In this document: positions 1 through 8,553 of the stretch, in pieces
Layout of the letters: each line of letters starts with the position of its first letter
How positions within the stretch are numbered: the stretch's first letter is position 1
DNA from: an uncultured Alphaproteobacteria bacterium
GTDB taxonomy: Bacteria > Pseudomonadota > Alphaproteobacteria > Methylaequorales > Methylaequoraceae
Assembly (NCBI GenBank): GCA_964484795.1
Contig: CAZAFN010000005.1
Span: 273 to 64,272, forward strand
Length of the DNA: 64,000 nt
Direction of reading: 5' to 3'
Notes under the pieces: generated by a model
What the model was told of the DNA's origin: nothing
What the model saw: only the letters and a program-made list of their open reading frames with translations
The model's database searches: none
Made by a program: the position numbers and the translations under genes

Positions 1-642
1 AATGCTGCATTCATCGCAGATTTTAATAAACATAAGTTTAAAAAAAAATATGATTTAATTTTTTGTTCTCACGTTATAGAACACCAAAGAAATCCAGGAC
101 TCTTTCTTGATAAAATTTTTGATTCTCTCAAAGATGAAGGGGATTTAATTATTTCAGCTCCAAAACATCCTGCGGAAAGATTTGTTGAAGGACATATATT
201 GTCCACTATTTTACCTGTTTTTTTACAGATGTTAATATATGCTGGATTTGATTGTAAAAAAGGTAAAATGATTTCACTTTTGGGTATTGAAAATTCATTT
301 ATTGTAAAAAAGTCTAAAAATTTCTCATTAGAGGAAAGAGATGCGACTGGATATAAATGGACAAAAAATCACCAAGATCGTTCGCCAATAGAATTAAGAG
401 CAGGCTATGAGATTCCAGCTACTACTTTGCATTTAAACAACTGTGAAATATTCAAGATATATGAAAAAGAATATGAAGAAAAAACAAATTCTGCCACTGG
501 ATTAATTTTCGATCCTCCTAAAAATTATAAAAAGAGAAACGTGAGTTTTTTGCTAAATACCTTTAAACAATTTTGTTTATACGATTCAGATAAAAATCTT
601 TTAGCTAATTTCAGTAATGATTATGTGCGTTTTAATATTTAA
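1..642 (+). CDS. Class I SAM-dependent methyltransferase, 5'-truncated by the window edge
   Basis: Frame 1 is open from nt 1 and continuous with the tracked ORF 199..642. The upstream translation reads ...KYDLIFCSHVIEHQRNPGLFLDKIFDSLKDEGDLIISAP, which is the typical post-motif-II/III region of Rossmann-fold methyltransferases. Confidence 0.6.
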   Translation, partial: NAAFIADFNKHKFKKKYDLIFCSHVIEHQRNPGLFLDKIFDSLKDEGDLIISAPKHPAERFVEGHILSTILPVFLQMLIYAGFDCKKGKMISLLGIENSFIVKKSKNFSLEERDATGYKWTKNHQDRSPIELRAGYEIPATTLHLNNCEIFKIYEKEYEEKTNSATGLIFDPPKNYKKRNVSFLLNTFKQFCLYDSDKNLLANFSNDYVRFNI

Positions 643-787
643 AAAAAGTAGTTATTAATCCAGACAACTTAATTAACTTTACTTAAAAACCTAATCCTAC
701 CCACCCCCATTGATTTCTAGGATGATTGCTTTAACATTCATAGGGATAATCTTAGAGATTTTGAAAAAAGAAATTGATACAAATTAA

Positions 788-883
788 AAAACTCAATGTA
801 GTCAAGGGTTCTAGACCTAACGCAACTGATTCAAAATCCGTCGAACTTCGGGACATGTCCATTTGAGTCGGACTAGGGGTGCC
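788..883. repeat. Copy A of a ~96-nt direct repeat; copy B is at 2117..2213, about 85% identical with one 3-nt indel
   Basis: Copy A reads aaactcaatgtagtcaagggttctagacctaacgcaactgattcaaaatccgtcgaacttcgggacatgtccatttgagtcggactaggggtgcc. I aligned the two copies by eye. They share the blocks ACTCAAT...TTGAGT and TAGTC...GACTA, a GATTcaaAATC hairpin, and a uCCG-loop-CGGg hairpin. The only indel falls in the loop of that last hairpin. Confidence 0.8.
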
Positions 884-893
884 ATAAAACTTT

Positions 894-2063
894 TTAGAAT
901 TTAAGATTTAATAATTTTGAAAGTAAATTGTCGTCAGGAATTTTTTTGAGAAAATTAATTATTATATGAATTTTTTCTCTAGAACTTTGAATTTGTTTTA
1001 CAGCCGCAGACAGTACTTCAACAAAATTATTAATACTTAATTTTTTATTTTCCTCGAATAATTGGCATACAAGAAGAAAATTAGTTAATTCTATAAAAAA
1101 TATTACTTCTCTTACAGAATCATAAAATGAATTTTCTGAAATTATAAAATTTTGAATATTTTTAATAAATTCATTTACAAAAAAGTTTTTAAAAATAAAT
1201 TCATTTTCTTTCTTAAAACTGTAAAATTTCGTTCTGTAGATAATGTCAAATTTCTTTTTGAATTCTTTTTCAGACAAATCAAAGTATTTACTTGTAGCTG
1301 CAGACTTTTTACAAATTTCTTGATATCTTGTATTATCTGGGAAATTTGAAAAACAAAGTTTTGCTAAAAAGTTTGTTTGAATTAAAGGAGAATTCTCTTT
1401 AATTTTTTTAACTTCATTTTTTGAGTAAGGTTGAGATGATTTTTTATTTTGAATCATTTTATTATATGAAATTATTATCTGTTTAAGAGCACCATAGAAA
1501 GTAATATTGCTACTTAATAGAAGGAATATGCCTTCAATGTATTTTAAAAATTTCTCTGGTAGATTTTTAGAAATTTCATATGAGTGAATATTATTTGAAT
1601 TAAATACATTAGGTAATTTATTTTTCTTCAATGTATTAATTTTTAAATTTGATTTATTTAAACACAATTTTGCCATTTCAGGACATGACAACTCACCCGC
1701 AATAAAACCAGTTTTATTAAATTTTCTTATTATTCTTGGATAGGTTGAACAACCTACTGATAAATTCTCTTGTCCCAATAAATTGTAAACATTACAAAGC
1801 TTTTTCTCATTTAAAAAGGGACAACAATTGTTATGATTAATTAATCTTCCGTAGGCTATATTTGAATTTAAATTCCTTTTAACTAGATGATTTCGAGAAA
1901 TGGATCTAATTTTTTTGTTAGTGGAATGTTCATATTTTTGATAAGTTTTTTTATCAATTTCTACATTCCAACCTATGCAACAAGAATCAATGCAATCTTC
2001 TCCAACACATTTAAAATCCAGCATATACTCTGGGACAAAAAAACTTGAACTTTCGAGATCCAT
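894..2063 (-). CDS. Cys-rich FliB/YkgJ-family protein (flagellin lysine-N-methylase-like, putative Fe/Zn-chelating domain)
   Basis: The N-terminus carries FKCVGEDCIDSCCIGW, which fits the C-x-G-x2-C-x-D-x-CC-x-GW pattern of the FliB/PF03692-type Cys cluster as I recall it. NCCPFL and GCSTYP motifs lie further in. The ORF is 389 aa and is bracketed by the two direct repeats. Confidence 0.5.
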   Translation of the reverse strand: MDLESSSFFVPEYMLDFKCVGEDCIDSCCIGWNVEIDKKTYQKYEHSTNKKIRSISRNHLVKRNLNSNIAYGRLINHNNCCPFLNEKKLCNVYNLLGQENLSVGCSTYPRIIRKFNKTGFIAGELSCPEMAKLCLNKSNLKINTLKKNKLPNVFNSNNIHSYEISKNLPEKFLKYIEGIFLLLSSNITFYGALKQIIISYNKMIQNKKSSQPYSKNEVKKIKENSPLIQTNFLAKLCFSNFPDNTRYQEICKKSAATSKYFDLSEKEFKKKFDIIYRTKFYSFKKENEFIFKNFFVNEFIKNIQNFIISENSFYDSVREVIFFIELTNFLLVCQLFEENKKLSINNFVEVLSAAVKQIQSSREKIHIIINFLKKIPDDNLLSKLLNLKF

Positions 2064-2116
2064 TTAATATTTTCGCAATATTAATGCCAAAATTTAAATT
2101 AAAAAACACCATTTTA

Positions 2117-2213
2117 GAAACTCAATTTAGTCAAGGGTTTTAGACCAGGCGCAACTGATTCAAAATCCGCCGTTGTCTTTCGGGATATGTCGATTTGAGT
2201 CGGACTAGGGGTA
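2117..2213. repeat. Copy B of the ~96-nt direct repeat, in the same orientation as copy A
   Basis: Copy B reads aaactcaatttagtcaagggttttagaccaggcgcaactgattcaaaatccgccgttgtctttcgggatatgtcgatttgagtcggactaggggtaac. It lies about 50 nt upstream of the minus-strand start of 894..2063 and about 100 nt upstream of the plus-strand start at 2317. Confidence 0.8.
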
Positions 2214-2316
2214 ACACTTTAAAGAAATTTAGAAATTATTTTTTTTGTCACTATTGTCACTGTTAATTACTTAAAATTCATATTAAAATTTATTAAGTAA
2301 TAACTGATTTAATAAT

Positions 2317-4044
2317 ATGTTGGAAAAAGTTAAAAAGTACTATCAATTAAAGAAGTACAATAAGGCAGAGATAATTGCTCGAAGAGAACTTAAAAAATCG
2401 CCAGGAATATTAGAATATTATTATTTACTTGGGCTCATTTACTATTCACTAAATAAATTAAATAATTCTCTTAAATATTTAGATATGTTTCTAGAACATA
2501 ATCCAAATCAAATTGATGCTTTAATTGCCAAGACACATTGCCTTAGGGCAATGAACAAAAATGATGAAGCCATAAACATTCTAAACAAACTATTGAATTT
2601 TGATTTTAAAAAATCTGATATTTTTCTTTTCCTTGGTGAGTGCCACCTTAAAATCTCTCAAGTGGAAAAAGCAAACTCATTTTTCCAAAAAAGTTTAGAA
2701 TTAAATTCTTCTAAGATTAACTTATTAAATGTTTATAAAATTTATAATGAATGTAATTTTCCAGAAAAGGCGTCAAAATTATTAAAAGAATCGTCTTTCT
2801 TTAAAAATGATGACGAAATAACTTTGAAATATTGTAACGATCAAGTAATTCATAATCTCCTTAATTATGAAGAAACTTACACCATTTTATCTAAATTCGT
2901 TCAAGATAAAGTAGTAAGTTCACAAATTTATAATCTTTTAGGTATGTGTTCTTTATTCCTAGGAAAAATTGAAGAAGCAAAAAAAAACTTTTTAGCATCC
3001 GTAGATTTTGATTATACCGATGCAAACCTTTCTTCTTTGTCAACATACATTTCCTCTTCATATTATCAACTTGCTCAAATGAATTATAAATTTGATGAAA
3101 ACACTCTAGACAAAATTAAAAATTTGCTTGGTAAGAATATTAATATCAATAATAAATCTTTATTAGGATATGCATTAAGCAAAATTTATTACAACAATGA
3201 GAACTTTTCAGAAAGTGCGAAGTTTCTTAAAATTTCTAACAAAAACATTTATAAAAACATAATTCTTCCTCGAGGTTGGACATTTGAAGATGAACTAAAG
3301 TTATTTCAAAATTTAAAAAAAATTTATCATTCTATTAAAAAATCAAAAATAATCTCAAATTTTGAAATCACCCCCATATTTATTCTGGGAATGCCTAGGT
3401 CAGGAACAACGTTAGTTGAGAATATTTTAAGTCAATCTGATTGTGTTCAACCGACAGGTGAAAATGGTTTTATTTTAAACCAAATTTCTGAGGAAATTCC
3501 TAACATAAAGAAAAGTAGCATTGAAGATTCCACCTTAATTTCCAAAATAAATAGCGACTTGATTTTTAAATATTTTGATTTTTTATCTCCTAAGAAAAAG
3601 TACTTTACAGATAAAACGCCTTTAAACTTTTTAGCCATAGGCATAATTAAAATACTTATTCCTAACTCCAAAATTATTTATTGCAAAAGAAATATGAATG
3701 ACAATCTCCTATCAATGTTCCAGCAATTTTTTCATTCCTATAGCTTTGATTTTTCGTATGATTTTAAAAGTCTTAAAAAATATTATGACTTACATACTGA
3801 AATTATTAAATTTTGGGACTCTGAAAATATAAGTTTCTTTAAATTAAAATATGAAGATCTAATTACCAATAAACAACAATACATTAACGACTTATGCTCT
3901 TTCATTGGAATAAATTATTCTGATGAAATGTTAGAACCTCATTTGAATAAAAGATATGTCAACACAGCTAGTTCATTTCAGGTAAGACAACCAATTAACT
4001 CTAACTCGGTAAATAAGTGGGACAAATTTAAAGAATTTTTTTGA
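2317..4044 (+). CDS. TPR-repeat protein with a C-terminal sulfotransferase domain
   Basis: The N-terminal ~300 aa are TPR-like (YYLLGLIYY, NPNQIDALIAKTHCL). The C-terminal half carries the PAPS 5'-phosphosulfate-binding motif ILGMPRSGTTLVENIL followed by sulfotransferase-like blocks. Confidence 0.75.
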   Translation: MLEKVKKYYQLKKYNKAEIIARRELKKSPGILEYYYLLGLIYYSLNKLNNSLKYLDMFLEHNPNQIDALIAKTHCLRAMNKNDEAINILNKLLNFDFKKSDIFLFLGECHLKISQVEKANSFFQKSLELNSSKINLLNVYKIYNECNFPEKASKLLKESSFFKNDDEITLKYCNDQVIHNLLNYEETYTILSKFVQDKVVSSQIYNLLGMCSLFLGKIEEAKKNFLASVDFDYTDANLSSLSTYISSSYYQLAQMNYKFDENTLDKIKNLLGKNININNKSLLGYALSKIYYNNENFSESAKFLKISNKNIYKNIILPRGWTFEDELKLFQNLKKIYHSIKKSKIISNFEITPIFILGMPRSGTTLVENILSQSDCVQPTGENGFILNQISEEIPNIKKSSIEDSTLISKINSDLIFKYFDFLSPKKKYFTDKTPLNFLAIGIIKILIPNSKIIYCKRNMNDNLLSMFQQFFHSYSFDFSYDFKSLKKYYDLHTEIIKFWDSENISFFKLKYEDLITNKQQYINDLCSFIGINYSDEMLEPHLNKRYVNTASSFQVRQPINSNSVNKWDKFKEFF

Positions 4045-4126
4045 CAACAATCTAATTGGCAATTCATAATTTTATTCTAAGATCGCAAAAGTACAGACCA
4101 GAAAATCAAAGTTACAAGCAAATTTA

Positions 4127-4978
4127 TTATTTTTTCAATAACGTTGAATTTTTCTTTCTAAGTGCGTCTATCAATGGATCTATTTCTCCATTTTTTATGA
4201 ATCCACTAAATTCTGATTTCCTAGTTGCCACCTCACTTATTGAACCATTTAGCAGTACATCAAAAACCTTCCACTTTCCGTCTTTAACAGTTAACAGGTA
4301 ATCGATTGAAACTTTCTCATTTTCTTTAAGAACTAAATTCGTTTTAACCTTCATATAGTTTTTTCCAAATTTTTTACTTTCTCCGCTTTCAAAGTCTGGT
4401 TGTTTGATCTTAATAAATCTTTTGATGTAACTTTTCGCAATGAACTCCTCAAAAACGAGTAACATTTCTTTTTGTTTTTCTATTCTGATGTTTTCCCAAA
4501 CATTTCCAATGATCATTGTAGTCATTTTTTCAACGTCTAAGGTACTTCTAATTAACTGCACAATTTCTTTGTAATTGCTAAAGTTTTGCAGACTTATTTT
4601 TTTCAACCCGGCATGTAGTTCCAAGATTGTATTAATTGCATCTTCCTTAATGACTTGAGCCTTTGGATTCAAATCACTAGGTTTCTTTGCAACCGGTTTG
4701 ATGGTAGGTAAATCCAGTTTAGGTTCTATTTTGGAAATTTCTTTAGAAGCAGGATCTACAATTTCTGGTTTTACATAATTTGTTGATTTGTCTGCATGAA
4801 TTATCGAATCAGTGTGTTCTTCAACCGAGGAGGTTTCTTCTGGGCCTTCATTCTCCTCTTTGTTAATTACGTTGTAGCAAGTTTTAATAGCAACTAACAT
4901 CAGTATGAATAAAAAGACTATTAGATAATAATTTCTTTTTTTAAATTGTGAAAAAAAACTAAATACTAATTTCTTCAT
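4127..4978 (-). CDS. MlaC/Ttg2D-family phospholipid-binding periplasmic protein with a ~120-aa Pro/Lys-rich N-terminal extension and a membrane anchor
   Basis: The C-terminal ~170 aa (LQNFSNYKEIVQLIRSTLDVEKMTTMIIGNVWENI...SIDYLLTVKDGKWKVFDVLLNGSISEVATRKSEF) matches the MlaC toluene-tolerance family signature. There is an N-terminal TM helix and a PKLDLPTIKPVAKKPSDLNPK linker. Confidence 0.65.
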   Translation of the reverse strand: MKKLVFSFFSQFKKRNYYLIVFLFILMLVAIKTCYNVINKEENEGPEETSSVEEHTDSIIHADKSTNYVKPEIVDPASKEISKIEPKLDLPTIKPVAKKPSDLNPKAQVIKEDAINTILELHAGLKKISLQNFSNYKEIVQLIRSTLDVEKMTTMIIGNVWENIRIEKQKEMLLVFEEFIAKSYIKRFIKIKQPDFESGESKKFGKNYMKVKTNLVLKENEKVSIDYLLTVKDGKWKVFDVLLNGSISEVATRKSEFSGFIKNGEIDPLIDALRKKNSTLLKK

Positions 4979-5001
4979 GATTGATCTTTATAATTCGAAA
5001 T

Positions 5002-6540
5002 TCATTCTTCATAAATTACTAGCAAATTAATTGAAAGTAAGATTAAAAAATATGCCACTGGCGTTAGATATCTGAAGATTTTGTCTAAACTTTCCACTAG
5101 CCTTCTCTTTTTAGAAATCAATGCACCTACAGCAACTGTCTGAATTACGGGAATACCTGAAAAAAAATATGACACTAGAATGGTTATATCCATTAATGTC
5201 AAATAAGATAATCGAGGCAAGTCTTTATCAACAACAAAATTATAAGCTATCAAAGACAGCAAACAAACTATACTAACTGTTATTCGACTCTCAATTTCCC
5301 TTGGGTTGATCCAAAACGTTGACCAGGAAATTATTAAAATCAGTAGAATCGGAAGAAAAATTTTTGTTAGATAATAAGTTGATTCTCTCTTAATCGCTAT
5401 AGCTACATATTTATCAAAAATATATACGTAGTTTATTAATTCTACATTTCTTTGATCCATCGAAGTAACTCTTACATATTTCCATTCTGGATTAGGTGGA
5501 AGGTCCTTAACACTTTCAAAAAACCTTTTATATGCAAAATCAGGAAAAATTATATCTTCAAAAACTAATCCTTCTTCTCCTGGAATGGGTTCAAATCCAG
5601 ATTCAAGAATAAATTCTATATACTGCTCATCAAAAGGAAACTTTTTGAATCTGAAATCATTCTTTAAAATTCCTCTTGAACTTTGAATGTTTTGAATGAA
5701 AGAAGAACCAAATATTTTTTCAAATTTATTTTCGTCTTCATAACTTCCAGGTTGAGAATAATCGAGTCTAACATCATTAGAATAAACCTCTGTAGAAGAA
5801 AAATTTCTAATTCCTACCCGTGGGTGGTATAGATTGTTTTCTTTAAAAAAAGAAAGAGGTATTTCACAATAATAATTGTAATTTGTGGCATCTTCATAAT
5901 TTATTTCTTTATATTCAGTCCAAACTTCATGCATTATTTTTGTAATTCTGTCATCGATCCAATTTTGGTGCATGTTAATTGCAAGGTCTACCTGGGATTC
6001 TCTTGATTTGATTTGATTAATTGTCTTAACTATGATTTCAACATTAACCGGATTATCGGAGTACCTTTTTTTTTTTAAATATATGTGTTCATCCCCTATG
6101 ACTAATTTTACGTCTTCCTTCTCTGATAATTCATAAAATATTTCTTCATCTGACATTTCAGCAGTATGTTTTGAATTTATGGACTTTATTGGTTCTAGCA
6201 ATACATCAGCACTTATGTCTTTTTCAAGTAATTCTTCGTAGAGATCTGGATGTATTTTTCCTAAAATTGCTTCATTGTTTTCTGAACGTTCAAGAGATGA
6301 AACTTCAAACTCAAGGTCATCAATATCATCAAATTTTCTTTCATCTTTTACTTTGAAAGGTGTGTAATATTCTAATTCGATTCCATGATATTCCCAAAAA
6401 CTGTCATTAGGACTGTCTAAGTCAGAATTCTGTTTCAATTTTTCTTCAAGAATTTCACATTCATCAAAACCATCATAAGCTAGAAGATTAAGCTTAAAAA
6501 AAACAATTAGAAGAAGTAATAAACTTTTTTTAATCATCAA
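5002..6540 (-). CDS. Prokaryotic pentameric ligand-gated ion channel (Cys-loop receptor family, GLIC/ELIC-like) with an extra ~150-aa N-terminal periplasmic domain
   Basis: After a signal peptide comes the start of the extracellular domain, PVNVEIIVKTINQIKSRESQVDLAINMHQNWIDDRI. The Cys-less Cys-loop KKFPFDEQYIEFILES aligns with GLIC RRYPFDSQTLHIYLIVRS. M1 reads YYLTKIFLPILLILIISWSTFW, against GLIC YFSYIPNIILPMLFILFISWTAFW. M2 (RITVSIVCLLSLIAYNFVVDKDLP), M3 and a C-terminal M4 are also present. Confidence 0.85.
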   Translation of the reverse strand: MMIKKSLLLLLIVFFKLNLLAYDGFDECEILEEKLKQNSDLDSPNDSFWEYHGIELEYYTPFKVKDERKFDDIDDLEFEVSSLERSENNEAILGKIHPDLYEELLEKDISADVLLEPIKSINSKHTAEMSDEEIFYELSEKEDVKLVIGDEHIYLKKKRYSDNPVNVEIIVKTINQIKSRESQVDLAINMHQNWIDDRITKIMHEVWTEYKEINYEDATNYNYYCEIPLSFFKENNLYHPRVGIRNFSSTEVYSNDVRLDYSQPGSYEDENKFEKIFGSSFIQNIQSSRGILKNDFRFKKFPFDEQYIEFILESGFEPIPGEEGLVFEDIIFPDFAYKRFFESVKDLPPNPEWKYVRVTSMDQRNVELINYVYIFDKYVAIAIKRESTYYLTKIFLPILLILIISWSTFWINPREIESRITVSIVCLLSLIAYNFVVDKDLPRLSYLTLMDITILVSYFFSGIPVIQTVAVGALISKKRRLVESLDKIFRYLTPVAYFLILLSINLLVIYEE

Positions 6541-7195
6541 CTTCTGATTGTAAAAGTTTATATTTCTTTAATAAATTCATAGAAAATATTATCAAATAAG
6601 CTAGAAGGATTAAATATAAAATACTCTGTATAGATACTAAAAAATTATAGAGCGAGTGAAATGCGATTGGGATTAGTAAGCTTAAAAACAAACTCTTTTT
6701 ATTGTTGTTAAATTTATAATCACTAAAATAAAAACCCATAATAACCCCACAAAAACAATGCAAAGGTATTGCTGAAAATGATCTTAATGCAGCCGTTATA
6801 TAGGAATCATAAACATTCTGTGTATTAAAAAAAACATACTCAAAATTTTCCAATGTAGCAAATCCAAGTGATAGGCATACTCCGTAGACTATTCCATCCA
6901 TCGGCTCATCGTAGTGTTTGTGATTATTTATATAAAATATAAAAAATAAAAACTTAAGAGTTTCTTCTGTGAAACCTGCCAAATATGCCTGCTCTTCAAA
7001 ATCTTGAATAACAAAAATATTTAAGTATCCAGCTGGAAAGCAAATCAAGATTCCCAAAAGAAAAATCTTTAAGATTGATGAAGCTGGTTCTCTAAACTTG
7101 TCTGATTTAACAAAAAAAATTAATAGGAAACATGACGGTAAAATGGTCATTAGAAGCAAATCAAAGTTTTCAGTCATAAATTTAATGTTTAACAA
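6530..7195 (-). CDS. PrsW-family intramembrane glutamic-type protease (M82-like)
   Basis: The protein is polytopic. It carries the PrsW motifs EETLK (EExxK), DGIVYGVCLSLGFATLENFEY and AIPLHCFCGVIMG (HxxxxxxG). Confidence 0.6.
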   Translation of the reverse strand: MLNIKFMTENFDLLLMTILPSCFLLIFFVKSDKFREPASSILKIFLLGILICFPAGYLNIFVIQDFEEQAYLAGFTEETLKFLFFIFYINNHKHYDEPMDGIVYGVCLSLGFATLENFEYVFFNTQNVYDSYITAALRSFSAIPLHCFCGVIMGFYFSDYKFNNNKKSLFLSLLIPIAFHSLYNFLVSIQSILYLILLAYLIIFSMNLLKKYKLLQSEVDD

Positions 7196-7224
7196 AAAGG
7201 TTATACAAAACTATACTATATCCT

Positions 7225-7812
7225 GTGAAATTTATTAATTCCATTAAGTATAGTTTTCAAAATGCATTTTCTTTGGATGGAAGAGCAAACAGATATGAAC
7301 TTTGGGTTTTTTACTTATTTTGTTTTAGTTTAGCATTTATAGGTGTCCTTCTTGATATCATCTTATTTGGGGAGGAGGAATTTGGACCTTTTTATGTCAT
7401 AGCTTTAGTTTTGACCATAATACCATCAATATGTCTCCAGGTAAGAAGAATTCATGACATCGGTTTTCACGGAGCAGCTTGGTTTCTTTTATTTATTCCT
7501 TTTGTAAACATTGTAGCTTTTTTCATATTCAATTTAAAGCAAGGCGATAAGTCAAACAACAAATTTGGCCCCCCACCGGTAGACCTTTATAAGAGTAATT
7601 CTATTGCACTTGAAAAATCGATTGGGAAAATGTCAAGCAAAGTTGGTAAAAATGTAACCCAGATTTATAAAGACCTAAAAGGAAAAAAACTGAACCCAGA
7701 AGATATAGAGAATGAACTTAAAAAAGTAGAAGAAATGTTCAAAAGAAATGTTATCTCTAAAAATGAAAGAGAAGATTTAAGAAAGAAAATCCTTGGGATT
7801 TTGAAAAAATAG
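7225..7812 (+). CDS. DUF805-family inner membrane protein
   Basis: It has the motifs GRANRYELWVFYLF...RRIHDIGFHGAAWFLLFIPFVNIVAFFIF...NKFGPPP, which are diagnostic of DUF805 (YhaH-like). Confidence 0.7.
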   Translation: MKFINSIKYSFQNAFSLDGRANRYELWVFYLFCFSLAFIGVLLDIILFGEEEFGPFYVIALVLTIIPSICLQVRRIHDIGFHGAAWFLLFIPFVNIVAFFIFNLKQGDKSNNKFGPPPVDLYKSNSIALEKSIGKMSSKVGKNVTQIYKDLKGKKLNPEDIENELKKVEEMFKRNVISKNEREDLRKKILGILKK

Positions 7813-7857
7813 ATTTTGGCAACTCATTAAAACAGCTAATTTCAAATTACCTTATAA

Positions 7858-7887
7858 TTGACAATTTTAATTTTAAATATCTATAAT
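7858..7887 (+). promoter_or_regulatory. Sigma70-type promoter with perfect consensus boxes, predicted to give a leaderless transcript of 7893..8525
   Basis: TTGACA is at 7858-7863, followed by an 18-nt spacer and TATAAT at 7882-7887. The ATG at 7893 is only 5 nt after the -10 box, so the TSS is expected at or within about 1 nt of the A of the ATG. There is no SD. Confidence 0.5.
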
Positions 7888-7892
7888 TTTGT

Positions 7893-8525
7893 ATGTCTAA
7901 TTGGGAAGTTGTTGATGCACGAAAATGGCAAGACAAATACAAGTCTGACGATTACAAACCTGAATTAATCTTTAAGGATTCTAATTCCAAGGAAAGCGCT
8001 TTGTTTTCTCTTAGTTTCTTCTTAATGATTATGGCATCTGAAATATTATTCAATCAACCATTTAGTAAAAAGATTGGAATGGTCCACAACCATTTTTACA
8101 AAAAATTGTTCAAAAAAAAATATGAAAAAATTGAAAGAGTTGAAACCAATTCATTTGCATTCAGCTTGTTTTTAATTTTGCACAAACTTTTAAAAGAAGA
8201 AAATACTCTTACTGATCGCATTAAAGACATTATCATCTATGCGACTTGTCATTGGTCCAACATACTGAAGTTGAATGAAAGTGAGCATCAGAAAAAATTG
8301 GCGATTTTATTTGCAATGTGGAATGAGAACAAGGATTTGGTTTTATCTTATAGGAATGATTCAATCATTGATCTAATTTTTTCTTTGTATAAAAGTTTTG
8401 AAGTAGGAATAAGCAATAAGAAGATAATTGAGAAAAATATTGCCGCACTTGATTTCTCAGTTAGCAAAGCTAACAAAGAATTTAGATTTGATGTGTTGAA
8501 TGAATTTAGGAAGAAAAGGTTTTAA
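7893..8525 (+). CDS. Hypothetical protein
   Basis: 210-aa ORF with no motif I recognise. Reasonable coding look; it follows the consensus promoter. Confidence 0.5.
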   Translation: MSNWEVVDARKWQDKYKSDDYKPELIFKDSNSKESALFSLSFFLMIMASEILFNQPFSKKIGMVHNHFYKKLFKKKYEKIERVETNSFAFSLFLILHKLLKEENTLTDRIKDIIIYATCHWSNILKLNESEHQKKLAILFAMWNENKDLVLSYRNDSIIDLIFSLYKSFEVGISNKKIIEKNIAALDFSVSKANKEFRFDVLNEFRKKRF

Positions 8526-8553
8526 AACATTTTTTTTTCTAAAATCATAGAAA

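Noticed and set aside
643-787. The C-rich tract cctacccacccccattg (~703-720) as a functional element
   Set aside because: It is unusual in composition for this genome, but I found no repeat, symmetry or partner sequence. Nothing beyond compositional oddity supports a call.
1152-1349. Small plus-strand ORFs inside larger minus-strand genes (1152..1349, 3447..3671, 10072..10335, 36774..36959, 63256..63444, etc.)
   Set aside because: They are shadow frames in AT-rich coding DNA (Lys/Phe/Ile-rich translations), each fully contained in a well-supported gene.
788-2213. Integron cassette with attC sites as the explanation for the two direct repeats
   Set aside because: I could not find the R''/L''-L'/R' nested inverted-repeat organisation or the GTTRRRY / RYYYAAC core sites at the ends. 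The complementary blocks I found are arranged 1,2...1',2', not nested. There is no intI nearby. It is kept only as an untested alternative.
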